From a virus: a stretch of 64,000 nt of DNA. Numbering within the stretch: position 1 is the first letter of the stretch; each line of letters starts with the position of its first letter. Positions 50,339 to 57,410 of this stretch are shown piece by piece. The stretch lies in IMG/VR virus record IMGVR_UViG_3300034121_001395. The stretch is one strand, 5' to 3'. The position numbers and the translations under genes were made by a program. The notes under the pieces were generated by a model. The model saw only the letters and a program-made list of their open reading frames with translations. It searched no databases and was not told the DNA's origin.

Positions 50339-50416
50339 GGAGCGGTAGCTCAGTCTGGTTAGAGCGCCAGCCTGTCACGTTGGAGGTCGCGGGTTCGAGC
50401 CCCGTCCGCTCTGCCA
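50339..50416 (+). tRNA. tRNA-Asp(GTC)
   Basis: CCAGC-CTGTCAC-GTTGG, G73, CCA. Confidence 0.92.
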
Positions 50417-50424
50417 ATTTAATT

Positions 50425-50500
50425 GGTGGTTGTAGTTCAATGGTAGAGCCCCAGATTGTGATTCTGGTTGTTGCGGGTTCGAATCCGGTAACCTCCACCA
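50425..50500 (+). tRNA. tRNA-His(GTG), chimeric 3' end copied from tRNA-Ala
   Basis: G-1, CCAGA-TTGTGAT-TCTGG; 3' GGTTCGAATCCGGTAACCTCCACCA is identical to tRNA-Ala and mispairs. Confidence 0.65.
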
Positions 50501-50504
50501 TTAT

Positions 50505-50579
50505 ACGTCATTGGTGTAACGGTAAGCACAAAGGTCTCCAAAACCTTTTGTCTCAGTTCGAATCTGAGGTGACGTGCCA
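50505..50579 (+). tRNA. tRNA-Trp(CCA)
   Basis: AAGGT-CTCCAAA-ACCTT, CCA. Confidence 0.9.
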
Positions 50580-50580
50580 T

Positions 50581-50654
50581 AGAGGTATTGTGTAACGGTA
50601 GCACCACAGATTTTGATTCTGTTTGTCGAGGTTCGAATCCTTGTACCTCTACCA
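50581..50654 (+). tRNA. tRNA-Gln(TTG)
   Basis: AGAGGTA/TACCTCT, ACAGA-TTTTGAT-TCTGT. Confidence 0.9.
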
Positions 50655-50659
50655 ACTTT

Positions 50660-50770
50660 GCCGCTAGAGAGGTGCACGGGCTCCATGCCCGGTATATAGA
50701 TACAGATGACGTGCAGGACTGCGTATGCGGGTGCGTACGGGAATGTATCTATGTCGCCTCTCTAGTCGGC
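50660..50770 (+). ncRNA. Unclassified structured RNA between tRNAs
   Basis: GCCGCTAGAGAGG/CCTCTCTAGTCGGC closing stem, ATAGATACA/TGTATCTAT inner stem, GGGC/GCCC side hairpin. Confidence 0.6.
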
Positions 50771-50782
50771 TCAATTTTCAAT

Positions 50783-50862
50783 CGCGGGGCAGTCAGTAGT
50801 GGTGCTGAACTAGTCTCATAAGCTAGGCTTCGGTGTGGGTTCGACTCCCACCCCCGCAACCA
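50783..50862 (+). tRNA. tRNA-Met(CAT), second initiator-like copy
   Basis: CGCGGGG/CCCCGCA (C1:A72), CTAGT-CTCATAA-GCTAG. Confidence 0.85.
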
Positions 50863-50944
50863 ATTTTTAGCAATGGCAATCAGTGAGTTAAATGCGCATA
50901 AGGCTTGAGATTCTGTGTGGGTCAATAACCATACATTGCTAAAT

Positions 50945-51030
50945 GGGTAGATGCCCGAGTGGCTAAAGGGGGCGGTCTGTAAAATCGCTGGCTTACGCCT
51001 ACGCTGGTTCGAATCCAGCTCTGCCCACCA
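50945..51030 (+). tRNA. tRNA-Tyr(GTA)
   Basis: GCGGT-CTGTAAA-ATCGC, long variable arm, CCA. Confidence 0.92.
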
Positions 51031-51148
51031 TCTTTGTATAAGTAATTTGCAACCGAGCTCAAGAAGAGTGGTGATGCGCATAGGTGATTAGGTTCACGCC
51101 TTCGGGTTAATATGACAAGTATGCCTGCGTAAGCTCTTCATATATTTT

Positions 51149-51247
51149 CAATGTATAGTGTAGTGGTAGCACGCCCCAAGCAAGGGGTTTCTTATCCGAT
51201 AGGATAGGCGACAACGCCGAGGTGATGGTTCGATTCCATCTGCATTG
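51149..51247 (+). ncRNA. tRNA-like RNA with 6-nt anticodon loop and extra hairpins
   Basis: CAATGTA/TGCATTG, D-arm GTG-TAGTGGTAG-CAC, T-arm GATGG-TTCGATT-CCATC. Confidence 0.65.
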
Positions 51248-51257
51248 TTTAATTTTC

Positions 51258-51312
51258 GCGGGATTTGTATAATGGTAATACGCCATCCTTCCAAGTTGGA
51301 GTCATCAGTTCG
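51258..51312 (+). pseudogene. Truncated tRNA-Gly(TCC)
   Basis: GCGGGAT..CCATC-CTTCCAA-GTTGG..ATCAGTTCG, broken in the T-loop by TATAAATA and the HNH ORF. Confidence 0.85.
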
Positions 51313-51329
51313 TATAAATAAATACATAT

Positions 51330-52097
51330 ATGAACTACAAAAAGATTTATGATAATCTGATAAAATATAGACAACAAAATATTTTATCAGATGGATATAT
51401 TGAACGACACCACATTGTGCCTCGATCACTTGGTGGATCTGATGAAGAAACAAATATAGTGGCTTTAACAGGTCGTGAACATTATGTTGCTCATTTACTT
51501 CTAGCAAGATATAATAAATGCAGTCAAACTATATATGCACTTTGTATGATGCAAATAAAAAATATTACGAACGAAGGGCGCCCTCTTATTAAATCTGGTA
51601 GAATGTATGAATGGGCTCGTAAAGAATTTGCTAAATATGTAGCAAAAAATAATATGATTACCTCAAAAGGAGAACAAAATAGTCAATTTGGAACTCGTTG
51701 GATATGTAATATAACTTTAAAAGAAAATCGTAAAATTTCTAAAGATAGTTTGATTCCAGACGGATGGATTGCCGGTCGCAATAAATGGAAACATAAATAC
51801 TTAACGCGAACAGCAAAGGGTTCTAAAGAACATAGAAATCGAGTAAGAGACGCACGTATAGGAAAAAAACTAAGTATTGAAACAAAAGAAAAAATATCTA
51901 AAGCAAATAAAAAATCTCGTTTAGGCAATGAATCTTTAACTGGTAGGATTTGGATTAACAATGGAACAATTAACAAAGCAATACTAAAAAATGAATCTAT
52001 ACCAGAAGGATTTATTAAAGGAAAACTTTCGCGTCATAAGTGTTACGGCAGCACATTAGACTTCCACTCTGAAGGCGTGAGTTCGACCCTCACATGA
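51330..52097 (+). CDS. HNH homing endonuclease (Mob-like); C-terminus overlaps tRNA-Gly
   Basis: MNYKKIYDNLI..ERHHIVPRSLGGSDEETNIVALTGREHYVAHLLL; GEQNSQFGTRWI. Confidence 0.88.
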   Translation: MNYKKIYDNLIKYRQQNILSDGYIERHHIVPRSLGGSDEETNIVALTGREHYVAHLLLARYNKCSQTIYALCMMQIKNITNEGRPLIKSGRMYEWARKEFAKYVAKNNMITSKGEQNSQFGTRWICNITLKENRKISKDSLIPDGWIAGRNKWKHKYLTRTAKGSKEHRNRVRDARIGKKLSIETKEKISKANKKSRLGNESLTGRIWINNGTINKAILKNESIPEGFIKGKLSRHKCYGSTLDFHSEGVSSTLT

Positions 52098-52104
52098 CGC
52101 ACCA
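52031..52104 (+). tRNA. tRNA-Gly(TCC), intact replacement copy
   Basis: GCGTCAT/ATGACGC, TTAGA-CTTCCAC-TCTGA, A73, CCA. Confidence 0.85.
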
Positions 52105-52111
52105 ATTTCAA

Positions 52112-52216
52112 TGGGGTGAAGCTTAGCGGCTTCTATTCTCTTTATACCCTCTACGCTTGATGGGTGCACACTAGACAGCGCATGGTTTTAATAATGACAT
52201 GAGAATACCCCCACCA
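52112..52216 (+). ncRNA. Unclassified CCA-ended structured RNA
   Basis: TGGGG/CCCCA+CCA, GAAGC/GCTTC and TATTCTC/GAGAATA. Confidence 0.5.
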
Positions 52217-52217
52217 T

Positions 52218-52400
52218 TTTTTCCCTGCCATTGTAGGCATAGACACTGCAATGAGCGATTTGACAGAGAGCGGGTTAGCAACCCGATGATGACAAACGTA
52301 ATCCGACGCAAATTAAACTAGTCTTGGAGTCGCTACCAAGATGAAATAGTCACTGTGTTTCTTCAAAGCAACATCGTTGCTTCATCGGTAGTGGGGAAAA
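52218..52400 (+). ncRNA. Unclassified multi-stem RNA with likely pseudoknot
   Basis: TTTTCCC/GGGAAAA closing stem; CATTGTAG/CTGCAATG, CGGGTT/AACCCG and TCTTGG/CCAAGA hairpins. Confidence 0.5.
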
Positions 52401-52405
52401 CACTT

Positions 52406-52476
52406 TGCGAGAGGGATCATACGGAGATCGCTAGGCCCATAGTCTAGAGTGGAGGTTAAAGCCCTCCCCCTCGCAA
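52406..52476 (+). tRNA. Degenerate tRNA-like gene, CAT anticodon, no CCA
   Basis: GATC/GATC D-stem, CTAGG-CCCATAG-TCTAG, GGAGG-TTAAAGC-CCTCC. Confidence 0.5.
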
Positions 52477-52580
52477 TTCGTATCATGCGCGAATCCAAAT
52501 ATGTCATGACGCAGCTAGGTGTGGTTCCTAGATAGCCCCAGCCCTGGGTGAGTGTAGCAGCAATCTGTTATGGGCAAATA

Positions 52581-52771
52581 TTTAACGGGTATGTCGGCTT
52601 AGAAGTAGCCATCATATAAGAAGTGGAACTAAACGTGAAGAAGAGGTAATTCGTATGGATACAATTCAATCAAGCCATACACCCTTGCAAAAGGTACTGC
52701 GATACTCGTGAATTGCGTTTCATAGGACGAGCAATCGTAACTCCTTTGGTGTAACAACAACACCCGTTAAA
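52581..52771 (+). ncRNA. Mimic of the 23S rRNA L11-binding domain (H43/H44) with large insertion
   Basis: ATGTCGGCTTAGAAGTAGCCATCAT (H43-like) and GT-GTAACA-AC (H44-like) inside a TTTAACGGGT/ACCCGTTAAA stem. Confidence 0.75.
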
Positions 52772-52891
52772 TTCATTTTCTATCGTGCGTTTTGATCGCC
52801 CGAAGTATTCAGAGAAAACAGACAGGAAAATGAGTGTAGCAGCAATCTGTCATGGGCAAATTTTCACAAAAATAAGTCCTGGAGGTCAGTT

Positions 52892-53003
52892 TTTCTCTAT
52901 ACGGGGCTTAACTTCGGGACCTTTTTTCACTTTTTTGAAAAAAGTTGTGTACTTTCTGTGGGTTTTATGCTATAATAACCATGTAAGCAACACCAACCAC
53001 AAT
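52892..53003 (+). repeat. Repeated early-promoter cassette, copy 4
   Basis: Near-identical to copies 1 and 3. Confidence 0.85.
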
Positions 53004-53216
53004 ATGAAAAACAAATCTTCAATATTTCTCTTATTAGGACGCGTAGACTATGAAGGCGACGACGTATTAGGAGCCTATAGCTCACTTAAAAAAGCAAATT
53101 GCGCACTAGATGCTTATAAGGCTAAGGTTGATGCTGATCGTGTCAACAATCATTATGAAAATACTGCGTATGATGATTATGTTATAAATGAATGTGAGGT
53201 CAATGCTGAAGTCTGA
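53004..53216 (+). CDS. Hypothetical early protein
   Basis: ATG right after the cassette; DYEGDDVLGAYSS. Confidence 0.6.
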   Translation: MKNKSSIFLLLGRVDYEGDDVLGAYSSLKKANCALDAYKAKVDADRVNNHYENTAYDDYVINECEVNAEV

Positions 53217-53469
53217 TCTTTTGAGAAACTCCAATACAATATGAAACAGGACATCGATCAAAAGTTTACTGTCACTTGGAATTCTCCAACGCAAGCAAAG
53301 CGCAAGACAGTTATGTTCCGTAAGCAGAAAGACGCAGAGGAATTCTACGAAGAGAAGAAGGTCGCAAAGAGATCCCCTGCTCTATACATTACTGAAAAGA
53401 TTACCTCTACGCGTCGGCTCAAAGCTTAACACATTAGTTGAGCACTAATAAACTCCACCACATCTTTAT

Positions 53470-53745
53470 ATGACTATCACTGAATCAATTGGCAAGAAAG
53501 TAAGGCATGGCTCTCACGGCTATCAAAATGAGGAGACAATCAAGCAAATCTCCTTTTTAAAAGACTCGGTAGAGATTGAGTTTGAATCGGGTGTCTTTTC
53601 GACCATGTCACCGGGTGAGTTTGGACACTTTATGCGATATGAAGAACTCTCTTATAAAGAGAAGCATCATGAAGGTTCAAGTTATATTTTCAGTTATATT
53701 TTCTTTTGTGACACTGAAAACCAATGGTATTCACTCATCGACTAA
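53470..53745 (+). CDS. Hypothetical protein
   Basis: 91-aa ORF. Confidence 0.5.
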   Translation: MTITESIGKKVRHGSHGYQNEETIKQISFLKDSVEIEFESGVFSTMSPGEFGHFMRYEELSYKEKHHEGSSYIFSYIFFCDTENQWYSLID

Positions 53746-53983
53746 AGCAACATCAACACTAAGACCGCATGAAAACAAAACAATATTCGATTGTATTTCA
53801 CACAGCTGAATGCTATATAGAAGCAATGACGTTAAGCGACATTCACACCTATAACGATGCCGATGCTGCAGAGATTGAGCTTTTCTGGAACAGCAAACAT
53901 AAACGTGACAACGCGGTTCGTCTTCTTAAGCAACATGACATCGTTGTCGACACATATGACGGCGTACCAATATGAAAACACTC

Positions 53984-54058
53984 GGGCATATGATGTAATG
54001 GATAGCATCAGGGTCTTCTAAATCCTTCGCCTAGGTTCGAATCCTAGTATGCCCGCCA
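53984..54058 (+). tRNA. tRNA-Arg(TCT)
   Basis: GGGCATA/TATGCCC, AGGGT-CTTCTAA-ATCCT. Confidence 0.88.
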
Positions 54059-54161
54059 AACTAATAAATAAAATTTCGGTACTGTGGTGGTATCGCTTAC
54101 AGGAGCATGAGGTCCCTAAAGTCGAACAAACATCTCGTCGACAACCTCTAAATTTTATAAT

Positions 54162-54246
54162 GGCTGTGTGATGAAATCGGTAAACATTGCGAACTTAAAA
54201 TTCGTTGCCTTATGGCTTGTCGGTTCGAGTCCGACCACAGCTACCA
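54162..54246 (+). tRNA. tRNA-Leu(TAA)
   Basis: GCGAA-CTTAAAA-TTCGT, variable arm, A73, CCA. Confidence 0.9.
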
Positions 54247-54531
54247 CCTTAAAAAATTATGAATGAAGAACGCATAAAAACCTTGATTGAGGCAGAAGTA
54301 GAAGCGCTGCTCTCTGAAATAACTGAACTCAGAGAGAGAATAAGTAAACTTGAGCATGAATCATTTCATCTCAAAACTCAGAACATGAATAATGCTGCTA
54401 AGCATGAGTATATCGGTCGTTGGAATCATAAAAAGATTGAAGATAAAACCAAGGTGACTTGCAACATAAGTAAACTAATTTAGAATGATCTAGGACCTGA
54501 GCATGTCTTGAAAAGGTTTAACATAATAAAA

Positions 54532-54814
54532 GGGCTTGTAGCTCAGCGGTAAGAGCAGTCGACTCGATAGGGTCTTCTTATTAGAAATAGTAAGTTAGCA
54601 GAACTTAAATTCAGGGAACGCTTAACGGGTAATGCCGATGCCAATCCTGAGCGAAACCTCGAAAGAGGGACGTGCAGAGACTATAATAGTTCAATCTTAA
54701 CAGGTTATGCTGAAGATTAAGGGATAGTCCAGACCACAAACTGAAAAGGTAGTGAAAACTATAGTGGTAAGCATAATCGATTGGTCGCAGGTTCGAATCC
54801 TGCCGGGCCCACCA
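54532..54814 (+). tRNA. tRNA(CAT), probably Ile2, interrupted by a group I intron
   Basis: Exon 1 54532-54564 ending GTCGACT; exon 2 54772-54814 starting CATAATCGAT; GGGCTTG/CGGGCCC acceptor. Confidence 0.88.
54565..54771 (+). mobile_element. Group I intron (IC3-like, 207 nt, no ORF)
   Basis: P1 GACT/GGTC with U.G pair; P AAATTCAGGGAA, Q AATCCTGAGC, R GCAGAGACTA, S GATAGTCCA; terminal G. Confidence 0.9.
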
Positions 54815-54831
54815 TTATAAATAAATTTTTT

Positions 54832-54921
54832 GGGTGAATGGCAGAGCGGTTTATTGCACTTGTCTTGAAAACAAGAGTGGCTGAAAGGTCACCGTGGGTT
54901 CAAATCCTACTTCACCCGCCA
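54832..54921 (+). tRNA. tRNA-Ser(TGA)
   Basis: CTTGT-CTTGAAA-ACAAG, long variable arm, G73, CCA. Confidence 0.9.
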
Positions 54922-55015
54922 TTTTTGGAACGTTGGCTGAGTGGCTGAAAGGTCACCGTGGGTTCAAATCCTACTTCACCCGCCATTTTTGGAACGTTGG
55001 CTGAGTGGCTGAAAG
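54875..55015 (+). repeat. 64-bp tandem duplication between the two Ser tRNAs
   Basis: 54875-54938 equals 54939-55002, bounded by GAGTGGCTGAAAG. Confidence 0.9.
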
Positions 55016-55077
55016 CACTCCCTTGCTAAGGGAACGTAGGGGTGACTCTACCGTAGGTTCAAATCCTACACGTTCCG
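54991..55077 (+). tRNA. tRNA-Ser(GCT), no encoded CCA
   Basis: GGAACGT/ACGTTCC, loop TTGCTAA, long variable arm. Confidence 0.85.
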
Positions 55078-55100
55078 CCGACACATATAGATACTTTTAT

Positions 55101-55175
55101 GGGGAGTTAGCTCAGCGATAGAGCATCTCGTTTACACCGAGTCGGCCGGGGGTTTGAATCCCTCACTCCCCACCA
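55101..55175 (+). tRNA. tRNA-Val(TAC)
   Basis: GGGGAGT/ACTCCCC, loop TTTACAC, CCA. Confidence 0.85.
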
Positions 55176-55208
55176 CTTCTCCCCCTGAAAAACAAAATGA
55201 ACTATAAT

Positions 55209-55937
55209 ATGAAAAAACAAACACAAATCGTTAAAATTGGTATGATTGCAGCACTTGCTGCTCTTAACTATGCATACGCTGGTACAATCGAAGACGCTCC
55301 TTCAGCATTCACGCCGGTGATGCTTGAAACTGGCTACTCTTCTGATAAGGTCTGGCGTGGTGCTGATCTAGGCGCAAATGAAGCAAATGCAATCGTCACA
55401 ACGACAACTGAACTTCCTGCGGACGTTTCGTTGGCTTTGAGCGCTGACTATGCAAACGCTGAAACAACTGGGAAGGACGAAGCTACTGAGCTGTCTGCAA
55501 TCTTCTCTAAGAGTATTGCTGACTATCTCGTATCTTTGAGCTATACCTGGTATTCGCAGGACTATGCAGGCCAGGAAGGACAAGCGCAAGAAGCTGGCTT
55601 GACTGTATCACGTGCAGTTGGTCCAATCGATCTTTCGCTTACTCAGTATATGAGTATTGTAGGTGATAACAATGCTTACAGCGAACTTGCTGCAACATAC
55701 AGTGATGACTTTGGATCTTCATTGATGCTTGACTTTCGTGCTGAGCTTGGTTATCTCGCTCAAGAAGGACAGTGCACTCATTTTGAGACCACTATGTCGA
55801 CTGACATTCCAGTTGTGCAAGGTGTGACCGCTGTCCCGTTTGTTTCGTACTCACTCGGTCTTGATGACTCGGTTGGCGTGCATTCAGACATGAAGAATCT
55901 TTTCTTCGGTGGAATTGAGTTTAAGAAGTCGTTCTAA
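55209..55937 (+). CDS. Outer-membrane beta-barrel protein (porin-like)
   Basis: Signal peptide ending AYA, YSSDKVWRG, alternating beta strands, C-terminal GGIEFKKSF BAM-type signal. Confidence 0.7.
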   Translation: MKKQTQIVKIGMIAALAALNYAYAGTIEDAPSAFTPVMLETGYSSDKVWRGADLGANEANAIVTTTTELPADVSLALSADYANAETTGKDEATELSAIFSKSIADYLVSLSYTWYSQDYAGQEGQAQEAGLTVSRAVGPIDLSLTQYMSIVGDNNAYSELAATYSDDFGSSLMLDFRAELGYLAQEGQCTHFETTMSTDIPVVQGVTAVPFVSYSLGLDDSVGVHSDMKNLFFGGIEFKKSF

Positions 55938-55956
55938 TAGATAATAGAATAAAAAC

Positions 55957-55993
55957 AAAAACGGAGCCTTCTCTATGTTGGCTCCGTTTTTTT
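55957..55993 (+). terminator. Rho-independent terminator
   Basis: AAAAACGGAGCC-loop-GGCTCCGTTTTTTT. Confidence 0.8.
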
Positions 55994-55999
55994 ATTATA

Positions 56000-56083
56000 G
56001 GGCAAGTGGTGTAATGGTAGCCACGCTAGATTTAGGATCTAGTGCAGTGATGCGTGAGGGTTCGAGTCCCTCCTTGCCCACCA
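56000..56083 (+). tRNA. tRNA-Leu(TAG)
   Basis: GGGCAAG/CTTGCCC, CTAGA-TTTAGGA-TCTAG. Confidence 0.9.
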
Positions 56084-56086
56084 ACA

Positions 56087-56545
56087 TTAATAGTTGGTCT
56101 TGCCAAAGCTATAAAGCATTGGATTGTCACTTGATCCAGTACCGGTTGTAGTGACTTCTTTTTTCGCTGGAGTAAATGCATAGATCTCCCGTTGAGCACG
56201 ATCTGCATCAATCCATACTTCTTTATAGTTGCTGTCGCGAATGAGCAGCATTGGTGCACCATGAATATGAGCATAGCCAACACACTCTCCACGAATGCTG
56301 TCAGAACCAGAGTGAACTTCAAGATATTTACCAAAGAGTGGAAACTTGTCTACCTGTCTGTTGATTGTATCGACAGCTGAGCCAAGATCATCTTTACTTA
56401 CAAGATCCTTTCCGATATAGATGCCTTTACCTTTAGCACGATAGCTTGGAAATGTTACAATGCCTTCGCTTAATTGTTCTTGAGACATAATCTGTGCAGC
56501 AGCAGAAACCAATGAGTCGTTTTTATAAGAAGTAAAATTAGTCAT
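56087..56545 (-). CDS. Leader-family protein 1 (putative internal head protein)
   Basis: MTNFTSYKNDSLVSAAAQIMSQEQLSEG; minus-strand TATAAATA just upstream. Confidence 0.65.
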   Translation of the reverse strand: MTNFTSYKNDSLVSAAAQIMSQEQLSEGIVTFPSYRAKGKGIYIGKDLVSKDDLGSAVDTINRQVDKFPLFGKYLEVHSGSDSIRGECVGYAHIHGAPMLLIRDSNYKEVWIDADRAQREIYAFTPAKKEVTTTGTGSSDNPMLYSFGKTNY

Positions 56546-56621
56546 ACTCTTATTTATACAATTTTCGAATTATGAAAATGTATAAATAGTCTTATATGCA
56601 ACCCTTTGACAACTATCAATT

Positions 56622-57410
56622 ATGAAATTATTTAATTATAATGAAGATCCATTATATGATATTGCTGCATCAATTCTTGCTGGCAAAAATATTTCAGAAG
56701 AAACTTTATCAGAAGCATCAGCTAATGACACGCTTGACGGCTTTGGCAGTGCTCCAGAAATTATTGCTGCACTATTAAAACTGCCTGGCGTAAAAGATCA
56801 TCTTCGTAAAATCAAAGCTAAACCATATTTTGATGATACTGATTTTGTAGTTGCTAGCAAAACCGCAATTCGAGATGCTATATTCAATCCAAAGATCAAA
56901 TTAGCTGATTTAGTACGAGCAGTAATGGCTGAAAAGGGTGACTTTGCTAAACCTGAAAAGGAAGCTATGCCTAATAGAGTAATTGCTGCTGTAGACAGTG
57001 AAGCTGCAGCTAACAAACTTTTAGATTTGATAAAGACAAATAATGCTAAAGCTTCTTCTAAAGACATGAAGGTAAAAGTACAAAAATTTGCTCGTAAAGG
57101 CGGATTTAAATTGTATATTACTGGAAATAGTGTAGCAGCAATTGGGCCATATAAGAAGCTTGCTGAAGAGTCTGATTTATATGAAGACATCACACTCCAA
57201 GAATATTATACTGCTAAGTTTCCACTTGCTAAAAAAGCAATTGAAGCAGTAGGCAATCTGGATGAAGACGAAATGGAAGATTTCTTGTTTGCGCTTGATA
57301 GCTTTTTCGAAGAAGGCGAAATGTCTGACTATAAAGAATCAAGCAACATCTCTGCATTAATCTATAAGGCAGCACAAATTTGGAAAAATAGAAACGAAAG
57401 ATATGCATAA
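56622..57410 (+). CDS. Leader-family protein 2
   Basis: MKLFNYNEDPLYDIAASILAGKNISEETLSEA; TATAAATA at 56581. Confidence 0.7.
   Translation: MKLFNYNEDPLYDIAASILAGKNISEETLSEASANDTLDGFGSAPEIIAALLKLPGVKDHLRKIKAKPYFDDTDFVVASKTAIRDAIFNPKIKLADLVRAVMAEKGDFAKPEKEAMPNRVIAAVDSEAAANKLLDLIKTNNAKASSKDMKVKVQKFARKGGFKLYITGNSVAAIGPYKKLAEESDLYEDITLQEYYTAKFPLAKKAIEAVGNLDEDEMEDFLFALDSFFEEGEMSDYKESSNISALIYKAAQIWKNRNERYA

Noticed and set aside
52230-52352. Possible L1-stalk (H76-78) mimic: TAGGCATAG..TTTGA..GGAGTCG..TGAAATA
   Set aside because: Similarity is patchy and stronger local hairpins explain the same bases; not supportable without covariation
52581-52771. Host 23S rRNA contamination or a true rRNA gene
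   Set aside because: Only about 60 nt are rRNA-like, split by a unique insertion, with their own closing stem and compensatory changes; flanks are phage-like
53984-54058. Possible amber suppressor tRNA (CTA) and stop-codon recoding
   Set aside because: Stem register AGGGT/ATCCT centres TCT (Arg); core genes are uninterrupted in the standard code
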